From an uncultured Sangeribacter sp. (GTDB taxonomy: Bacteria > Bacteroidota > Bacteroidia > Bacteroidales > Muribaculaceae), in assembly GCA_964398625.1 (NCBI GenBank), contig CAYNNV010000001.1, forward strand, positions 1 to 62,093: a stretch of DNA of 62,093 nucleotides, in the 5' to 3' direction. The notes under the pieces are model-generated. The model saw only the letters and a list, made by a program, of their open reading frames with translations, was not told the DNA's origin and ran no database searches. Position 1 is the first letter of the stretch. Each line of letters begins with the position of its first letter. Shown piece after piece: positions 27,904-38,250 of this stretch. Made by a program: the position numbers and the translations under genes.

Positions 27904-29109
27904 TCAGAAGATTACTTGCAAGCGTGCCATAAATCCGTTGAGAGTCATTGGGGAGACGTTGGCGCGATCCCAGGTGTGAGTATAGGAATAATGGAGTCGT
28001 GCTACGAAGTACTTATTTATGTAATAGTTGAGGGTCACGCCGAAATTGTTGATGCGTCCGCCAAAGATGCCGGCAGACCGGTCGGAAAGATTCACGTAAT
28101 TGTATGAAAGCACACCTTCAAATGAGCCTTTGCCCGGAGTGGCGAGGTCAGCAGTACCCGGTTGGTAGCCATAATTTCCTCCCGTGAAGAGGCCGCGCAC
28201 AATGGCGTATGCGCCATGTGCCTGATATGCCGGCAGGTCGCGGCGGTTGACTTGCTGGAAATAATATTGGCTCTCAAGCGCTACCGGGCCATAGCTCAGC
28301 AATAGTTCAGGTGAGAATTTCCAGAGGTTGTGAGCTTCGTCAACCGTCTGGTCAACTGCTGTCACTCTGGCTACACGCGTCGGGAAGTTAGCCTTGAAGC
28401 GGAAAGCATTGTGCAGATCAATAGCCTCGTCGCCGTTGACTTGACGATAGTTTCTCTGCGGCGTGGAGAATCCTCCTGAAATGCCTGCCTGTAGGATTAG
28501 TCCCTCTTTTACCACGGGGCGCGCCACAAGACGTGTGCGTAGGCCGTAACCTTCTCGCGTGAACTGATTGGGAGCAAGAAATACATCAACGGCATCAGGC
28601 TCAACAAATGCGGATGCTGCGGCATAGAATTTCTGTTGAGAGTGAGTGTACATCACTCCGATGAGGCGCGAATCGGTGAAGATTACATTGGTGATGGGCT
28701 CTTCTGAAGTCACTTTCATTGATGAGCTGGTAGAGCTTTGAAGCCCGTATTGATGAATAAAGCAACCGGCGCGAAGATTATTCTTTTCGTTAAAGTCATA
28801 GCGCATGTATGAATCTACGATTCCGACTTTATTATATGCATAGCCAATATTGATGACGGCACTCCATTTCTCATAATTCATTTTCATTCCGAGGCGCACG
28901 TCGGAAATAGTAGCTCCGTCCGGGAAAAGGTCTTTTTGCGGCGAGGCATAGAGGGCGCCGTCAAGGAGCACACGCCCCATAGGAGCTATATGTATCTTGG
29001 ATTTCTCCGGCTCCGGTGCGAGAGGAGCTTCAGCTTCAGCGGCTGCGGAGGTGAGTGATATAAGTGCGGTTGTAAATAGGAGTGCGTGGCGTAGTGGATT
29101 GGTCTTCAT
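27904..29109 (-). CDS. OprO/OprP-type porin
   Basis: Signal peptide, GRVLLDG, amphipathic strands, LNYYINKY, C-terminal ARLQVIF. Confidence 0.82.
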   Translation of the reverse strand: MKTNPLRHALLFTTALISLTSAAAEAEAPLAPEPEKSKIHIAPMGRVLLDGALYASPQKDLFPDGATISDVRLGMKMNYEKWSAVINIGYAYNKVGIVDSYMRYDFNEKNNLRAGCFIHQYGLQSSTSSSMKVTSEEPITNVIFTDSRLIGVMYTHSQQKFYAAASAFVEPDAVDVFLAPNQFTREGYGLRTRLVARPVVKEGLILQAGISGGFSTPQRNYRQVNGDEAIDLHNAFRFKANFPTRVARVTAVDQTVDEAHNLWKFSPELLLSYGPVALESQYYFQQVNRRDLPAYQAHGAYAIVRGLFTGGNYGYQPGTADLATPGKGSFEGVLSYNYVNLSDRSAGIFGGRINNFGVTLNYYINKYFVARLHYSYTHTWDRANVSPMTLNGFMARLQVIF

Positions 29110-29159
29110 TTGGATAGTGGGTGAGGTGGTAGTATGTATTGAGTACTTGGAATTATATA

Positions 29160-30260
29160 TTATTTGATTTTTGCTGCTATTTCATCAGGATTTTCAGTCT
29201 TGTCGATGAGTTCGCCGGCAGCATTATATATGAAGAATGTGGGGATTGAAGATACGTTATAGCTTCGGGCCGTGGCGGAAGATGATCCCTCGGTATCAAT
29301 GACCGTAACCCATGGAATTGACTTCACGCTCTCGCGCCATGTATAGGGGTCGGTATCGAGGCATACCTGATAGAAGTCAGCGCGTCCGGCGAGCTTGTCG
29401 TAGGCAGAACGAATGGCCATAGTGAGCTTTCCCGATGTCTCTCCGGCGGTGGTTACGCTAAAGACTACTACTACCGGTTTTCCCTTGCCCAGCATAGATG
29501 AAAGAGCCACGTTGCGGCCTTCGGCATCAGGTAGGTTTATATCGATCATCGCCGAGCTTTCGGCCTTCATTACCCGCTTCTTCCCACGCGCCGTATTTCT
29601 GGCTTTCATGGCCCGAAGCGCCATCTCCTCAAGGAGCGGAGTATGCGGATCATCGGGTGCATATTGTCGGTAATCAGTGGCAATTGCAGCAAGATAATTG
29701 GCATCGTCGGGGTTAGAGTAAGAGAATAGTGGAGCTCCGCCCAACGTCTTTGTTACTACATACCATGATAGTATACTCCCCTTGGCACCATGTATATATT
29801 CAGAAAATACTCGGCGCTTGAAGGCCTCGGTGGAGTCCTTGTCGGCAAGCGCTTCCACGCGCAATGCCTCCTTGTCGAAAGCTGCCATAAGAGCTGCTGC
29901 ACGGTTTCCTTCAAGTGTGTGGTCAGTGCCGAAAGCAGCAGCTGATCCTTTTAGGGTGAGGGTCTCGGTGGAGTCTACGGGTAAATAGATGTAGTTTCCT
30001 CCGAGATTGAGCCTGAAAATCTCCGGTGAAGAGGGCGAGTCATAGGTGATGGAAAAAGCGTCGCCTGATCCCACGACAGTAGAGTCTACAGGGAGCCAAC
30101 GACCGGAAAAATCGGATTTCTCAAGTAAGATGGTCTTTCCTTCACCACCGTAGATATTGCCTTTCACCTTGAAAGAGTGAGAGTTGCTACAGGCAATAGC
30201 GGCGACTATGAGAGCCGGGATGGAGAGGGCATAAGTAAAGCGTCGGAAAAATCGTGACAT
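29160..30260 (-). CDS. DUF4369 plus redoxin-fold lipoprotein lacking CxxC
   Basis: Lipobox IAC; DINLPDAEGRNVALS, GKPVVVVF, YNVSSIPTFFIY. Confidence 0.8.
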   Translation of the reverse strand: MSRFFRRFTYALSIPALIVAAIACSNSHSFKVKGNIYGGEGKTILLEKSDFSGRWLPVDSTVVGSGDAFSITYDSPSSPEIFRLNLGGNYIYLPVDSTETLTLKGSAAAFGTDHTLEGNRAAALMAAFDKEALRVEALADKDSTEAFKRRVFSEYIHGAKGSILSWYVVTKTLGGAPLFSYSNPDDANYLAAIATDYRQYAPDDPHTPLLEEMALRAMKARNTARGKKRVMKAESSAMIDINLPDAEGRNVALSSMLGKGKPVVVVFSVTTAGETSGKLTMAIRSAYDKLAGRADFYQVCLDTDPYTWRESVKSIPWVTVIDTEGSSSATARSYNVSSIPTFFIYNAAGELIDKTENPDEIAAKIK

Positions 30261-30442
30261 ATTTGAAATGATGTATTGACGTAGATTCTGAAAAAATGTA
30301 GAAGAATCGTAAAATTAGTAAAAAAAGAGTTTTCGGCTGCAAATATAATAAGAATAAGTCGGAAATGTTGTGAATAATTGCTAACTTTGCGTGATTTTTG
30401 TAGTAGACAAGAAATTACGCGAAGAAATAAAAAAGAATAAAG

Positions 30443-32704
30443 ATGAATCCAATCAAAAAAACCATCGAGCTTGGCGACGGTCGTCAGATAACGATAGAGA
30501 CCGGCAAGCTTGCGAAACAAGCCGATGGAGCGGTAGAAGTGCGCATGGGCGACACTATGCTTCTGGCCACTGTATGTTCAGCCCAGGAGGCCAATGAGGG
30601 AGTTGACTTTATGCCCCTCACAGTTGAATACAAAGAGAAATATGCCTCAATAGGGCGTTATCCCGGCGGCTTTCTTAAGAGAGAAGGCCGTGCATCGGAC
30701 TATGAGATTCTTACATCCCGCCTCGTAGACCGCGTACTACGCCCTCTTTTCCCAGATAATTACCACGCGGAGACATTTGTTAATGTCACTCTCTTTTCGG
30801 CAAATGAAAACGATGCTCCTGATGCCCTCGCCGGCATAGCAGCCTCAGCAGCCTTAGCGGTTAGTGATATTCCCTTCAACGGCCCTATCTCTGAAGTGCG
30901 TGTGGCACGCGTTGACGGTAAGTGGGTGATCAATCCTACATTCTCCCAGATAGAGAAAGCCGACATAGAATTGATGGTTGGCGCCACCTACGACAATATT
31001 ATGATGGTCGAAGGCGAAATGAACGAAGTGAGCGAAGCTGAACTCCTCGAAGCTCTTAAGGTAGCTCACGAGGAGATCAAGAAGCACTGCGTAGCTCAGA
31101 TGGAGCTTATGAAGGAAGTAGGCAAAGAGGTGAAGCGTGAATACAATCATGAAATCAATGATGACGCTCTGCGTGCTGATGTTCGCGAAAAGTGCTACGA
31201 TAAGGCTTACGCCATAGCTAAAGCCGGCAATGCTGATAAGCATTGGCGAAATGAATCATTTAAGGCAGTGCGCGATGAATATATCGCCTCATTGCCGGAG
31301 ATGACTGAGGAGCAGCTGGCTCTATATACTCCCGAACAGCGCGAAGCTATGGTGAAGCGTTATTATCATGACGTGGAGAAAGAAGCAATGCGTCGCTGTG
31401 TTCTTGACGAGGGTATTCGTCTTGACGGTCGCACCACCACACAGATCCGTCCCATCTGGGTTGAGACTGATTATATACCCGGTCCTCACGGATCAGCAGT
31501 ATTTACCCGTGGCGAAACTCAGGCGCTCGTGACCGTCACTCTCGGAACTACTCTTGACGAGAAGATTATTGACGATGTACTGAATCAGAGCAAAGAGCGC
31601 TTCTTGCTTCATTACAACTTCCCGCCCTTCTCCACCGGTGAGGCTCGTCCGCAGCGTGGAGTTGGACGTCGTGAGATTGGTCACGGCAATCTTGCACATC
31701 GTGCTCTCAAGCGAATGTTTCCTGACGGCTTCCCTTACACTTGCCGTATTGTCAGCGATATTCTCGAATCCAACGGTTCTTCCTCTATGGCTACAGTATG
31801 CGGAGGTACACTTGCGCTGCTTGATGCCGGCGTGAAAATGAAGCGCCCTGTAGCCGGCGTGGCAATGGGCCTTATTTCCGATACCGGCAATACAAAATAT
31901 GCCATCCTCTCCGACATCCTCGGCGATGAAGACCACCTTGGCGATATGGACTTCAAGGTGACCGGTACACGCGACGGTATCACGGCCACACAGATGGACA
32001 TCAAGTGTGACGGCCTCTCATACGAGGTGCTTGAGAAAGCTCTTGATCAGGCTCGTCAGGGTCGCCTTCACATACTTGATATCATAGAAAATCATATACC
32101 TGAAGCCCGTGAAGATTACAAACCTCATGTTCCACGCCTTGTCACCATTGAAATCCCGAAGGATACGATTGGTGCCGTAATCGGTCCGCAAGGTAAGATC
32201 ATTCAGGCTATTCAGGAAGAGACCGGTTCTACCATCTCTATTGAAGAGGATGAAAACCGCGGTGTAGGCATTGTCGAAATTGCATCGAAAGACAAAGTGT
32301 CTATAGATGCGGCTCTCGCCCGCATCAAGGCTATTGTGGCTCAACCGGAAGAGGGTGAAACCTACAAAGGTAAGGTGCGCTCAATACTTGATTTCGGCGC
32401 TTTTGTAGAATTTATGCCGGGGCGCGACGGCCTTCTTCATATTTCCGAAATATCCTGGAATCGACTTGAAAATATGGAGGCCGCAGGACTCAAGGAGGGT
32501 GATGAGGTAGAAGTGAAACTCATTGAAATTGATAAGAAGACCGGCAAGTTCCGTCTGTCAATGCGTGCACTTCAGCCCAAGCCGGAAGGCTATGTAGAAC
32601 GCGAAGCACGTCCGCGTCCGGAGCGCCGTCCCCGCCCCGAGAGAGGCGACCGTCCGCGTCGTGAAGGTGGAGACAAAGGTGACCGCGGTCCGCGTCGCCA
32701 TTGA
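30443..32704 (+). CDS. pnp: Polyribonucleotide nucleotidyltransferase
   Basis: [30 protein letters not shown] and S1 domains; promoter element TAACTTTG at 30382-30389. Confidence 0.98.
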   Translation: MNPIKKTIELGDGRQITIETGKLAKQADGAVEVRMGDTMLLATVCSAQEANEGVDFMPLTVEYKEKYASIGRYPGGFLKREGRASDYEILTSRLVDRVLRPLFPDNYHAETFVNVTLFSANENDAPDALAGIAASAALAVSDIPFNGPISEVRVARVDGKWVINPTFSQIEKADIELMVGATYDNIMMVEGEMNEVSEAELLEALKVAHEEIKKHCVAQMELMKEVGKEVKREYNHEINDDALRADVREKCYDKAYAIAKAGNADKHWRNESFKAVRDEYIASLPEMTEEQLALYTPEQREAMVKRYYHDVEKEAMRRCVLDEGIRLDGRTTTQIRPIWVETDYIPGPHGSAVFTRGETQALVTVTLGTTLDEKIIDDVLNQSKERFLLHYNFPPFSTGEARPQRGVGRREIGHGNLAHRALKRMFPDGFPYTCRIVSDILESNGSSSMATVCGGTLALLDAGVKMKRPVAGVAMGLISDTGNTKYAILSDILGDEDHLGDMDFKVTGTRDGITATQMDIKCDGLSYEVLEKALDQARQGRLHILDIIENHIPEAREDYKPHVPRLVTIEIPKDTIGAVIGPQGKIIQAIQEETGSTISIEEDENRGVGIVEIASKDKVSIDAALARIKAIVAQPEEGETYKGKVRSILDFGAFVEFMPGRDGLLHISEISWNRLENMEAAGLKEGDEVEVKLIEIDKKTGKFRLSMRALQPKPEGYVEREARPRPERRPRPERGDRPRREGGDKGDRGPRRH

Positions 32705-32722
32705 TTAATATAACACTGATAT

Positions 32723-32759
32723 AATGAGGTGTGCTAAACGTGGTTTTGCGCACCTCATT
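32723..32759 (+). terminator. Hairpin/terminator after pnp
   Basis: AATGAGGTGTGC...GCGCACCTCATT inverted repeat. Confidence 0.65.
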
Positions 32760-32825
32760 GCATTATGTTTTGGATAATTGGGATTAATTTATTACATTTG
32801 CACCATCTAATAAATATATCTGAAT

Positions 32826-33224
32826 ATGAAGAAAATATTAGCAATGATGATTCTCGCGGTAGTAGCGGTAATAGCTCCCGCGGTTTCTTTCGCTACTAAT
32901 CCACAGCTTAAGTCAGTAGAAAATGAGTTAAATGCACAGCTTCCCACTGACATGGGCGACGGTCTTATTCTTAAAAAGGTATCTTTCCCTGACGACGGTA
33001 CTTTCGAACTTCACATTACTGCTGCTGATCTTGCAGGTTTTTCCAAGAGTGATATCGGGAATGATGAAAGACAAGCATTTCGCGAGGCTTTCCTCGGTGA
33101 ATTAGGCCCCGACAATGAATTCGTGCAGCTCTGCAGCATGACCGGTATGAAGCTCCGTATTGTGGTTTACAATCCTGCGGGGCAAGAGGTAATCCGCGAG
33201 ACGTTTACCTCTTCTGACTTCTAA
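32826..33224 (+). CDS. Exported hypothetical protein
   Basis: Signal peptide ending SFA; upstream TACATTTG promoter element. Confidence 0.75.
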   Translation: MKKILAMMILAVVAVIAPAVSFATNPQLKSVENELNAQLPTDMGDGLILKKVSFPDDGTFELHITAADLAGFSKSDIGNDERQAFREAFLGELGPDNEFVQLCSMTGMKLRIVVYNPAGQEVIRETFTSSDF

Positions 33225-33255
33225 GGTTTAGTTTATTGAAAAATTGAAATTGCCC

Positions 33256-33285
33256 GCAGCTTCCCTTCGTGAGAAGGGGAGCTGC
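33256..33285 (+). terminator. GNRA-capped hairpin between convergent genes
   Basis: GCAGCTTCCCTTC-GTGA-GAAGGGGAGCTGC. Confidence 0.55.
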
Positions 33286-33352
33286 TAATTCTATCTGAGT
33301 AGTCAAGCGAGGAGCTTTTTCAATTATTCTCTAACATGAGCCATCGGCTTAC

Positions 33353-33631
33353 CTATTTTTTCTCCTTGAAATAGTCATTGTGCACCTTGATTGCTGTCAC
33401 TATTATAGAGCATATTGAGGTGATGACATTGGTGATAACAAGTGGTATATTGGAAGTCATGATTCCCTGTACCACAAAAAATATTGAGCCGAGCCCCATG
33501 AGGAGAAAAGTTGGTAGTGCTATGGCATCAGTCTCACGAGTTCGGATAGTGTAGACAGCTTGAGGAAGATAGCCGCATACCATACAGATAGCAGCTGCAT
33601 AACCCACTATGTCAAGGATATAATTGTGCAT
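33353..33631 (-). CDS. SemiSWEET / PQ-loop transporter
   Basis: 92 aa, three TM segments, YLPQA motif, conserved Asn in ITN. Confidence 0.85.
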   Translation of the reverse strand: MHNYILDIVGYAAAICMVCGYLPQAVYTIRTRETDAIALPTFLLMGLGSIFFVVQGIMTSNIPLVITNVITSICSIIVTAIKVHNDYFKEKK

Positions 33632-33754
33632 AGAAGTGATTTTGCGTTTGTTTTAAAATATAAACGCTATTTATAACTTATAAGTTTAAATAGAAGCCCG
33701 ACTGAAAGGATATTGATAAGTCGGTGTATGATAGCGCACAATCAAAAAAATCTT

Positions 33755-33794
33755 GGAGGCTGTATCTAAATCAGTGATTTTGGATACAGCCTCC
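33755..33794. repeat. AGGCTG-family palindrome, probable terminator downstream of tRNA-Leu
   Basis: GGAGGCTGTATCTAAA...TTTGGATACAGCCTCC. Confidence 0.75.
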
Positions 33795-33805
33795 GCGAAC
33801 TTTAG

Positions 33806-33890
33806 TACAGAAAGTGGGACTCGAACCCACACAGCCGATAAAGGCCAAAGGATTTTAAGTCCTTCGTGTCTACCATTCCACCATTTCTGC
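33806..33890 (-). tRNA. tRNA-Leu (anticodon TAA)
   Basis: Cloverleaf with acceptor GCAGAAA/TTTCTGT, anticodon arm AAGGA-CTTAAAA-TCCTT, long variable arm, T-arm GTGGG-TTCGAGT-CCCAC. CCA is not encoded. Promoter element TAACTTTG at 33920-33927 (-). Confidence 0.96.
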
Positions 33891-33958
33891 ACTTATTTTA
33901 TTCCTGAGGAATGATGTTGCAAAGTTAATATATTTGTGCAGACAATGCAAATTTATTT

Positions 33959-35167
33959 TCACATCTGTGTGTAGTCTTTTGCCAGGCCTCCGGTTCCGGT
34001 CTCTTTGTATAGAGATGGAAGATCATGTCCGGTCTCCTTCATTACCTTGACAAGTTTATCAAATGATACCCGGTGATTACCGTCGGAGAATGTGGCGTAA
34101 ATATTAGCGTCAAGGGCTCTTGCCGCTGCGTAGGCGTTGCGTTCAATGCAGGGTATCTGAACAAGTCCGCAGACAGGATCGCAGGTCATGCCGAGGTGAT
34201 GCTCAAGACCCATCTCGGCAGCATATTCTATCTGAGCCGGACTCCCTCCGAATAGCTGGCAGGCGGCTGCAGCAGCCATTGCACAGGCTACTCCAACCTC
34301 CCCCTGACATCCTACTTCTGCACCGGAGATTGAGGCATTATACTTTACGATATTCCCGATGAGCCCCGCAGTTGCAAGAGCGCGGAGCATGGCCTTCTCA
34401 GGCATTTTGCGTGAATTCCAGATATGATAGAGCACTCCGGGCACTACACCTGATGATCCGCACGTCGGAGCAGTGACAATTCTACCTCCGGAGGCATTTT
34501 CCTCGCTCACTGCCAGTGCATAGGCAAAAGTCAGGCCGCGAGAACGCAGATTATCGCGGTATCCTTCAGCCTTGACATAGTAAGTGGCGGCTTTGCGGCG
34601 AATGTTAAGCGGTCCCGGCAGGCGCCCTTCAGTGGCAAGCCCGCGCTCCACTGCAGAGCGCATGGCTTCCCATACCTGGGCCAGAAAATCCCAAATCTCC
34701 GCACCTTCACATTCTTCTACGTACTCCCAATAGCCTCGGCCGGTAGTCTCACAATAATGGAGTATATCGGTCATCTTAGAGAAATTGTAAATATCCTTAT
34801 GCTCTTCGGGACTTTCGGCTTCGCTCACTATAGACCCGCCCCCTACTGAAAATATGGTTTCGGAGTCAACTACGTTGCTATCAGCGTCAAGGGCTTCAAA
34901 AAGCATACCATTTGGATGAAAGGGAAGGAAGATGTCGGGTTTCCATACTATCTCAACCTTGCGTCCTGAAGGGGATAGTGCATCATAAATGGCTACATCG
35001 GTCATATGTCCTTTGCCCGTAGCGGCAAGTGAACCATAGAGAGTGACACGAAATGCCCATGCATCGGTATTTTTATCTAAGAATCTTTCAGCTGCTTTGC
35101 GCGGTCCCATTGTGTGAGAGGAGGATGGACCGGTGCCGATGCGGTATAATTGTTTTATAGATTCCAT
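33959..35167 (-). CDS. sdaA: L-serine ammonia-lyase, Fe-S dependent, single chain
   Basis: GPSSSHTMGP, YGSLAATGKGH, APTCGSSG, GCQGEVG, CDPVCGLVQIPCIERN. Confidence 0.94.
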   Translation of the reverse strand: MESIKQLYRIGTGPSSSHTMGPRKAAERFLDKNTDAWAFRVTLYGSLAATGKGHMTDVAIYDALSPSGRKVEIVWKPDIFLPFHPNGMLFEALDADSNVVDSETIFSVGGGSIVSEAESPEEHKDIYNFSKMTDILHYCETTGRGYWEYVEECEGAEIWDFLAQVWEAMRSAVERGLATEGRLPGPLNIRRKAATYYVKAEGYRDNLRSRGLTFAYALAVSEENASGGRIVTAPTCGSSGVVPGVLYHIWNSRKMPEKAMLRALATAGLIGNIVKYNASISGAEVGCQGEVGVACAMAAAAACQLFGGSPAQIEYAAEMGLEHHLGMTCDPVCGLVQIPCIERNAYAAARALDANIYATFSDGNHRVSFDKLVKVMKETGHDLPSLYKETGTGGLAKDYTQM

Positions 35168-35238
35168 AAAGGATGTTGGAGGGGATAAGTTTTCTTCGAC
35201 TACAAATTTAGCAAAAATCTTTGGAACGTTGATGTAAA

Positions 35239-36405
35239 TTAAAATCTCACACCGATGACAGCGGCTCCTTGCTCTATTGAGTTGAAGAAAGAATAATTAC
35301 GGTTGATATACCAGTGCCCGTCCATTTTAAAGAATATGGAGGCAAAGAAATCACCAATATTATAAGTCACTGCGGTTTTCCCTTTAACATTGAGCGACGG
35401 ACTATAGTGGCGCATATCGTCATCGCTTCCGAGATTCACCTTAAATCCTATGGGAATAAAAGCAGATATATTGAAAACGAAATTTTTAGCGAAAACCCAG
35501 TTATAACTATATCCACCCATCAGGCAATAATCATTGTAGAAAAACTGATATTTGCGGCGGTCAGTGGGGATACGGGATACAATATCGGCCGGAAGAGTTG
35601 AGAAGTCAAGATTAATATTTTGATTGCACAGCGAGAGTCCGGCTATAAAAGTACCTGCTGAACGCAATTGATATTTATTGAAGTTATAAGCAGCTCCTTG
35701 CGCATACTTCCGGTTATTGAAGAAATAGTAGGCATCAAGGCCGTAGCTTTGCATAGACAGTCCCGGAAACTGTATTTTAATCAGATGACCGTTGTTATAA
35801 CTGCCAAGTCGGCGCAGATAAGAGCCGCCTGTATTTTCATTATAGTAAGCTTCGGCGCTGAATCTGGCGCAGGAAAACTGCAGCTCGAGTTTCTTGTGAT
35901 TCATCGGTTTGTTGCCGATTACATTAGTCAAATCCACAGAATACCCTACCGACACCGCCATATACGAAAGATAGAATCCGAGGGAGCTATATACATCGCT
36001 TAGGAACCATATCGGGTGTTTGTGATTAAAATCCATAGCGTATGAATCCAGCCAATTATCATTTTTTACAATAGCTTTCCACCGGCGTCCGGTTCCCACC
36101 ACGTAGGTAGTATCGTAGGAATTAAATACACGGTCGCCCCAGTTGTATACATTGACGCAAAATTTCAAGAACTTAGGCCATTTTACGCTCGAATCGTTCA
36201 TCCGTAGCTCCCCTTTTTTGAACAGATGCCACCAGTTTCGGTTGGTGTCTATGCTATCGTTGGATGATGGAGTCTTGTAAATTACAGTATCCGGTTCTGA
36301 ACTTGGAGAATAAAGATCTGCGCTCATCCCCGAGGCAGCAATGGGGATGAGGATAATTGCCCAAAATAAAGCGGTGCGGATAATTACAGACGTTACATTC
36401 TTCAC
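35239..36405 (-). CDS. DUF4421-type outer membrane protein
   Basis: Signal peptide; YDTTYV, YYFFNNRKY, YQLRSAG, YSYNWV, C-terminal GVRF. Confidence 0.75.
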   Translation of the reverse strand: MKNVTSVIIRTALFWAIILIPIAASGMSADLYSPSSEPDTVIYKTPSSNDSIDTNRNWWHLFKKGELRMNDSSVKWPKFLKFCVNVYNWGDRVFNSYDTTYVVGTGRRWKAIVKNDNWLDSYAMDFNHKHPIWFLSDVYSSLGFYLSYMAVSVGYSVDLTNVIGNKPMNHKKLELQFSCARFSAEAYYNENTGGSYLRRLGSYNNGHLIKIQFPGLSMQSYGLDAYYFFNNRKYAQGAAYNFNKYQLRSAGTFIAGLSLCNQNINLDFSTLPADIVSRIPTDRRKYQFFYNDYCLMGGYSYNWVFAKNFVFNISAFIPIGFKVNLGSDDDMRHYSPSLNVKGKTAVTYNIGDFFASIFFKMDGHWYINRNYSFFNSIEQGAAVIGVRF

Positions 36406-36471
36406 TTTGCAGAATACGATTTTTTTAAATCGCGTGCAAAGATAACTATTTATCCCTAAGTGGCCAAATGC

Positions 36472-36690
36472 TCAGTCATCATGACTGTCAAGTAGGGCGA
36501 TGGCTTTCTTGGCATCTGCCTCACTCACATATAAAGAAGCGGCTCCCTGACCGCCGGCTGAGGGGTAAAGGGAATATAAAGTGTTAAGTTCTACATGAGC
36601 CTGAATACCGTTATTTTCAAGCATCCCCTGAGCTATGTAAGCCTCCTGCGGGGTATTAAAGTCGCGAATCTGAATCATAAGAGAGTCCAA
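36472..36690 (-). CDS. DUF2007 (PII-like) small protein
   Basis: F....EAYIAQGMLENNGI...LYV...D...A..LL. Confidence 0.8.
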   Translation of the reverse strand: MDSLMIQIRDFNTPQEAYIAQGMLENNGIQAHVELNTLYSLYPSAGGQGAASLYVSEADAKKAIALLDSHDD

Positions 36691-36756
36691 TTTAGAGGTG
36701 ATACTACAAGATTAACTCAGAGCAGTCGCATAAAGTTCAGACTCGGCATAGCAATA

Positions 36757-37806
36757 TCATTTAATATTGCGACGGTCAAGCTCCTGCTGATATTCGCGTG
36801 CATTCTTTTGATGCTCCTCATAAGTTGTGGCAAAAGCATGATAACCTGAGAAGTCTGACTTGGCGCAAATATAAAGATAATCGTGAGGTTTGGAATTGAG
36901 TATAGAGTCAATTGTAGCTGTGGAGGTAGTGCGTATCGGCCCCGGTGGCAACCCTTCCGCGCGATAGGTATTATAAGGGGAATCGGTAGAAAGCATAGCC
37001 CCCGTGATTCGGCGTATGGAGAAATCTCCTATAGCATACTTCACTGTAGGATCGGCCTGCAGTTTCATCCCTTTTGCTATTCGGTTGATATACAAGCGTC
37101 CTATGGCTCCTTTCTCATCACTCTTGTTGCTCTCCTCATCAGTTATTGAAGCCACAATCATCACCTCTGCCGGTGTTAGTCCGAGTTTCTTAGCTTTAGC
37201 AGTTCGCTCCGGATTCCATATCGATTGATATACCTTACCTATACGGTCAACAAATTTTTCAGGGCTGTCACTCCAGAAAGTCTCGTACGTATTATCAGTG
37301 AATAGTGCCATGCTCTGAGCCGGAGTCAGGCCGTAGCGCGCCATATACGTAGAGTCGGCAAGCAGGGAATCAAGTTGTGCTTGTGAAAATGACATTTTGG
37401 CCGCGATTTTGCCGGTCATTACTTTAGGAATGCGGAAACCGTTAATCACGATTTTTACCGGATCCTGACCGCGCGACAGCTTTCTTGCAGCCGTGAAGGG
37501 CGATGTCCCCGCCGGTATTACATATCTGCCTGCTCGCGAGCTGATTCTGCTGTCATCTCCCGGCAAGAGTGTCATTACCCTGTCGGCAAAGTCCGCGTCA
37601 AAATGTCGTGAGAGTGAGTCTGTAAGAGAAGCACGAGTAGAACTTCCGGTTATATAGATCACCTGTTCGGAACGGGAATGAGTGAAAAAATAGGGCCAAG
37701 CCACTATTATGAACACGGTTATCACCACAGCGGCTCCGATAAGCCACCATTTAGCCCGCCTATTATTCTTCCCGGGCAGCTGAGGAGTGTCAGATTCTTT
37801 ATTCAT
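36757..37806 (-). CDS. mltG: Endolytic transglycosylase MltG
   Basis: N-terminal TM anchor; ASITDEES, LQADPTV, SPYNTY...GLPPGPI. Confidence 0.93.
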   Translation of the reverse strand: MNKESDTPQLPGKNNRRAKWWLIGAAVVITVFIIVAWPYFFTHSRSEQVIYITGSSTRASLTDSLSRHFDADFADRVMTLLPGDDSRISSRAGRYVIPAGTSPFTAARKLSRGQDPVKIVINGFRIPKVMTGKIAAKMSFSQAQLDSLLADSTYMARYGLTPAQSMALFTDNTYETFWSDSPEKFVDRIGKVYQSIWNPERTAKAKKLGLTPAEVMIVASITDEESNKSDEKGAIGRLYINRIAKGMKLQADPTVKYAIGDFSIRRITGAMLSTDSPYNTYRAEGLPPGPIRTTSTATIDSILNSKPHDYLYICAKSDFSGYHAFATTYEEHQKNAREYQQELDRRNIK

Positions 37807-37895
37807 CGCGGCAAAGGTAGTAAAATTCATGGAATTTTCGGCCTCGCTGTGATGCAAATTTTGAGGATTCCTCCGGATTGACTATATTTGCAACT

Positions 37896-38234
37896 ATGGA
37901 CTGGAAAGATGCTCTCGGAAAGCTCAATCTGCCACCCGCAGATGATGCACCTTCAGCTGCTGTCAATCCGCAGACTGAAGTTAAGGAAAAGAAAACTACG
38001 GTAGTGAGAATGGAACTGTCGCGAAAGCAGCGCGCCGGCAAAGAAGCCACCATACTTTACGGCTTTGATGACAACGATACTGCCTTAAAAGCACTTGCAG
38101 GCGAGCTAAAAAGCCGCTGTGGCGTGGGTGGATCGGTTCGAGGCGGCGAGATTCTGCTTCAGGGTGACTGTCGCGTCAAGGCCGAAGCGTTACTCAAAGC
38201 CCGAGGCATGAAAGTGAAAAGAGTTGGAGGATAA
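37896..38234 (+). CDS. SUI1/YciH translation-initiation-factor family protein
   Basis: RAGKEAT, LKSRCGVGGS...EILLQGD. Confidence 0.9.
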   Translation: MDWKDALGKLNLPPADDAPSAAVNPQTEVKEKKTTVVRMELSRKQRAGKEATILYGFDDNDTALKALAGELKSRCGVGGSVRGGEILLQGDCRVKAEALLKARGMKVKRVGG

Positions 38235-38250
38235 TTAGTAGCCGATAATC

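Noticed and set aside
32599-32704. Arg/Pro/Gly repeat tail of PNPase
   Set aside because: Disordered basic tails are common on PNPases.
33686-33892. 68-aa ORF, and tRNA-Leu as an island integration site
   Set aside because: The ORF is a shadow of the tRNA. I saw no duplicated tRNA 3' end or integrase.
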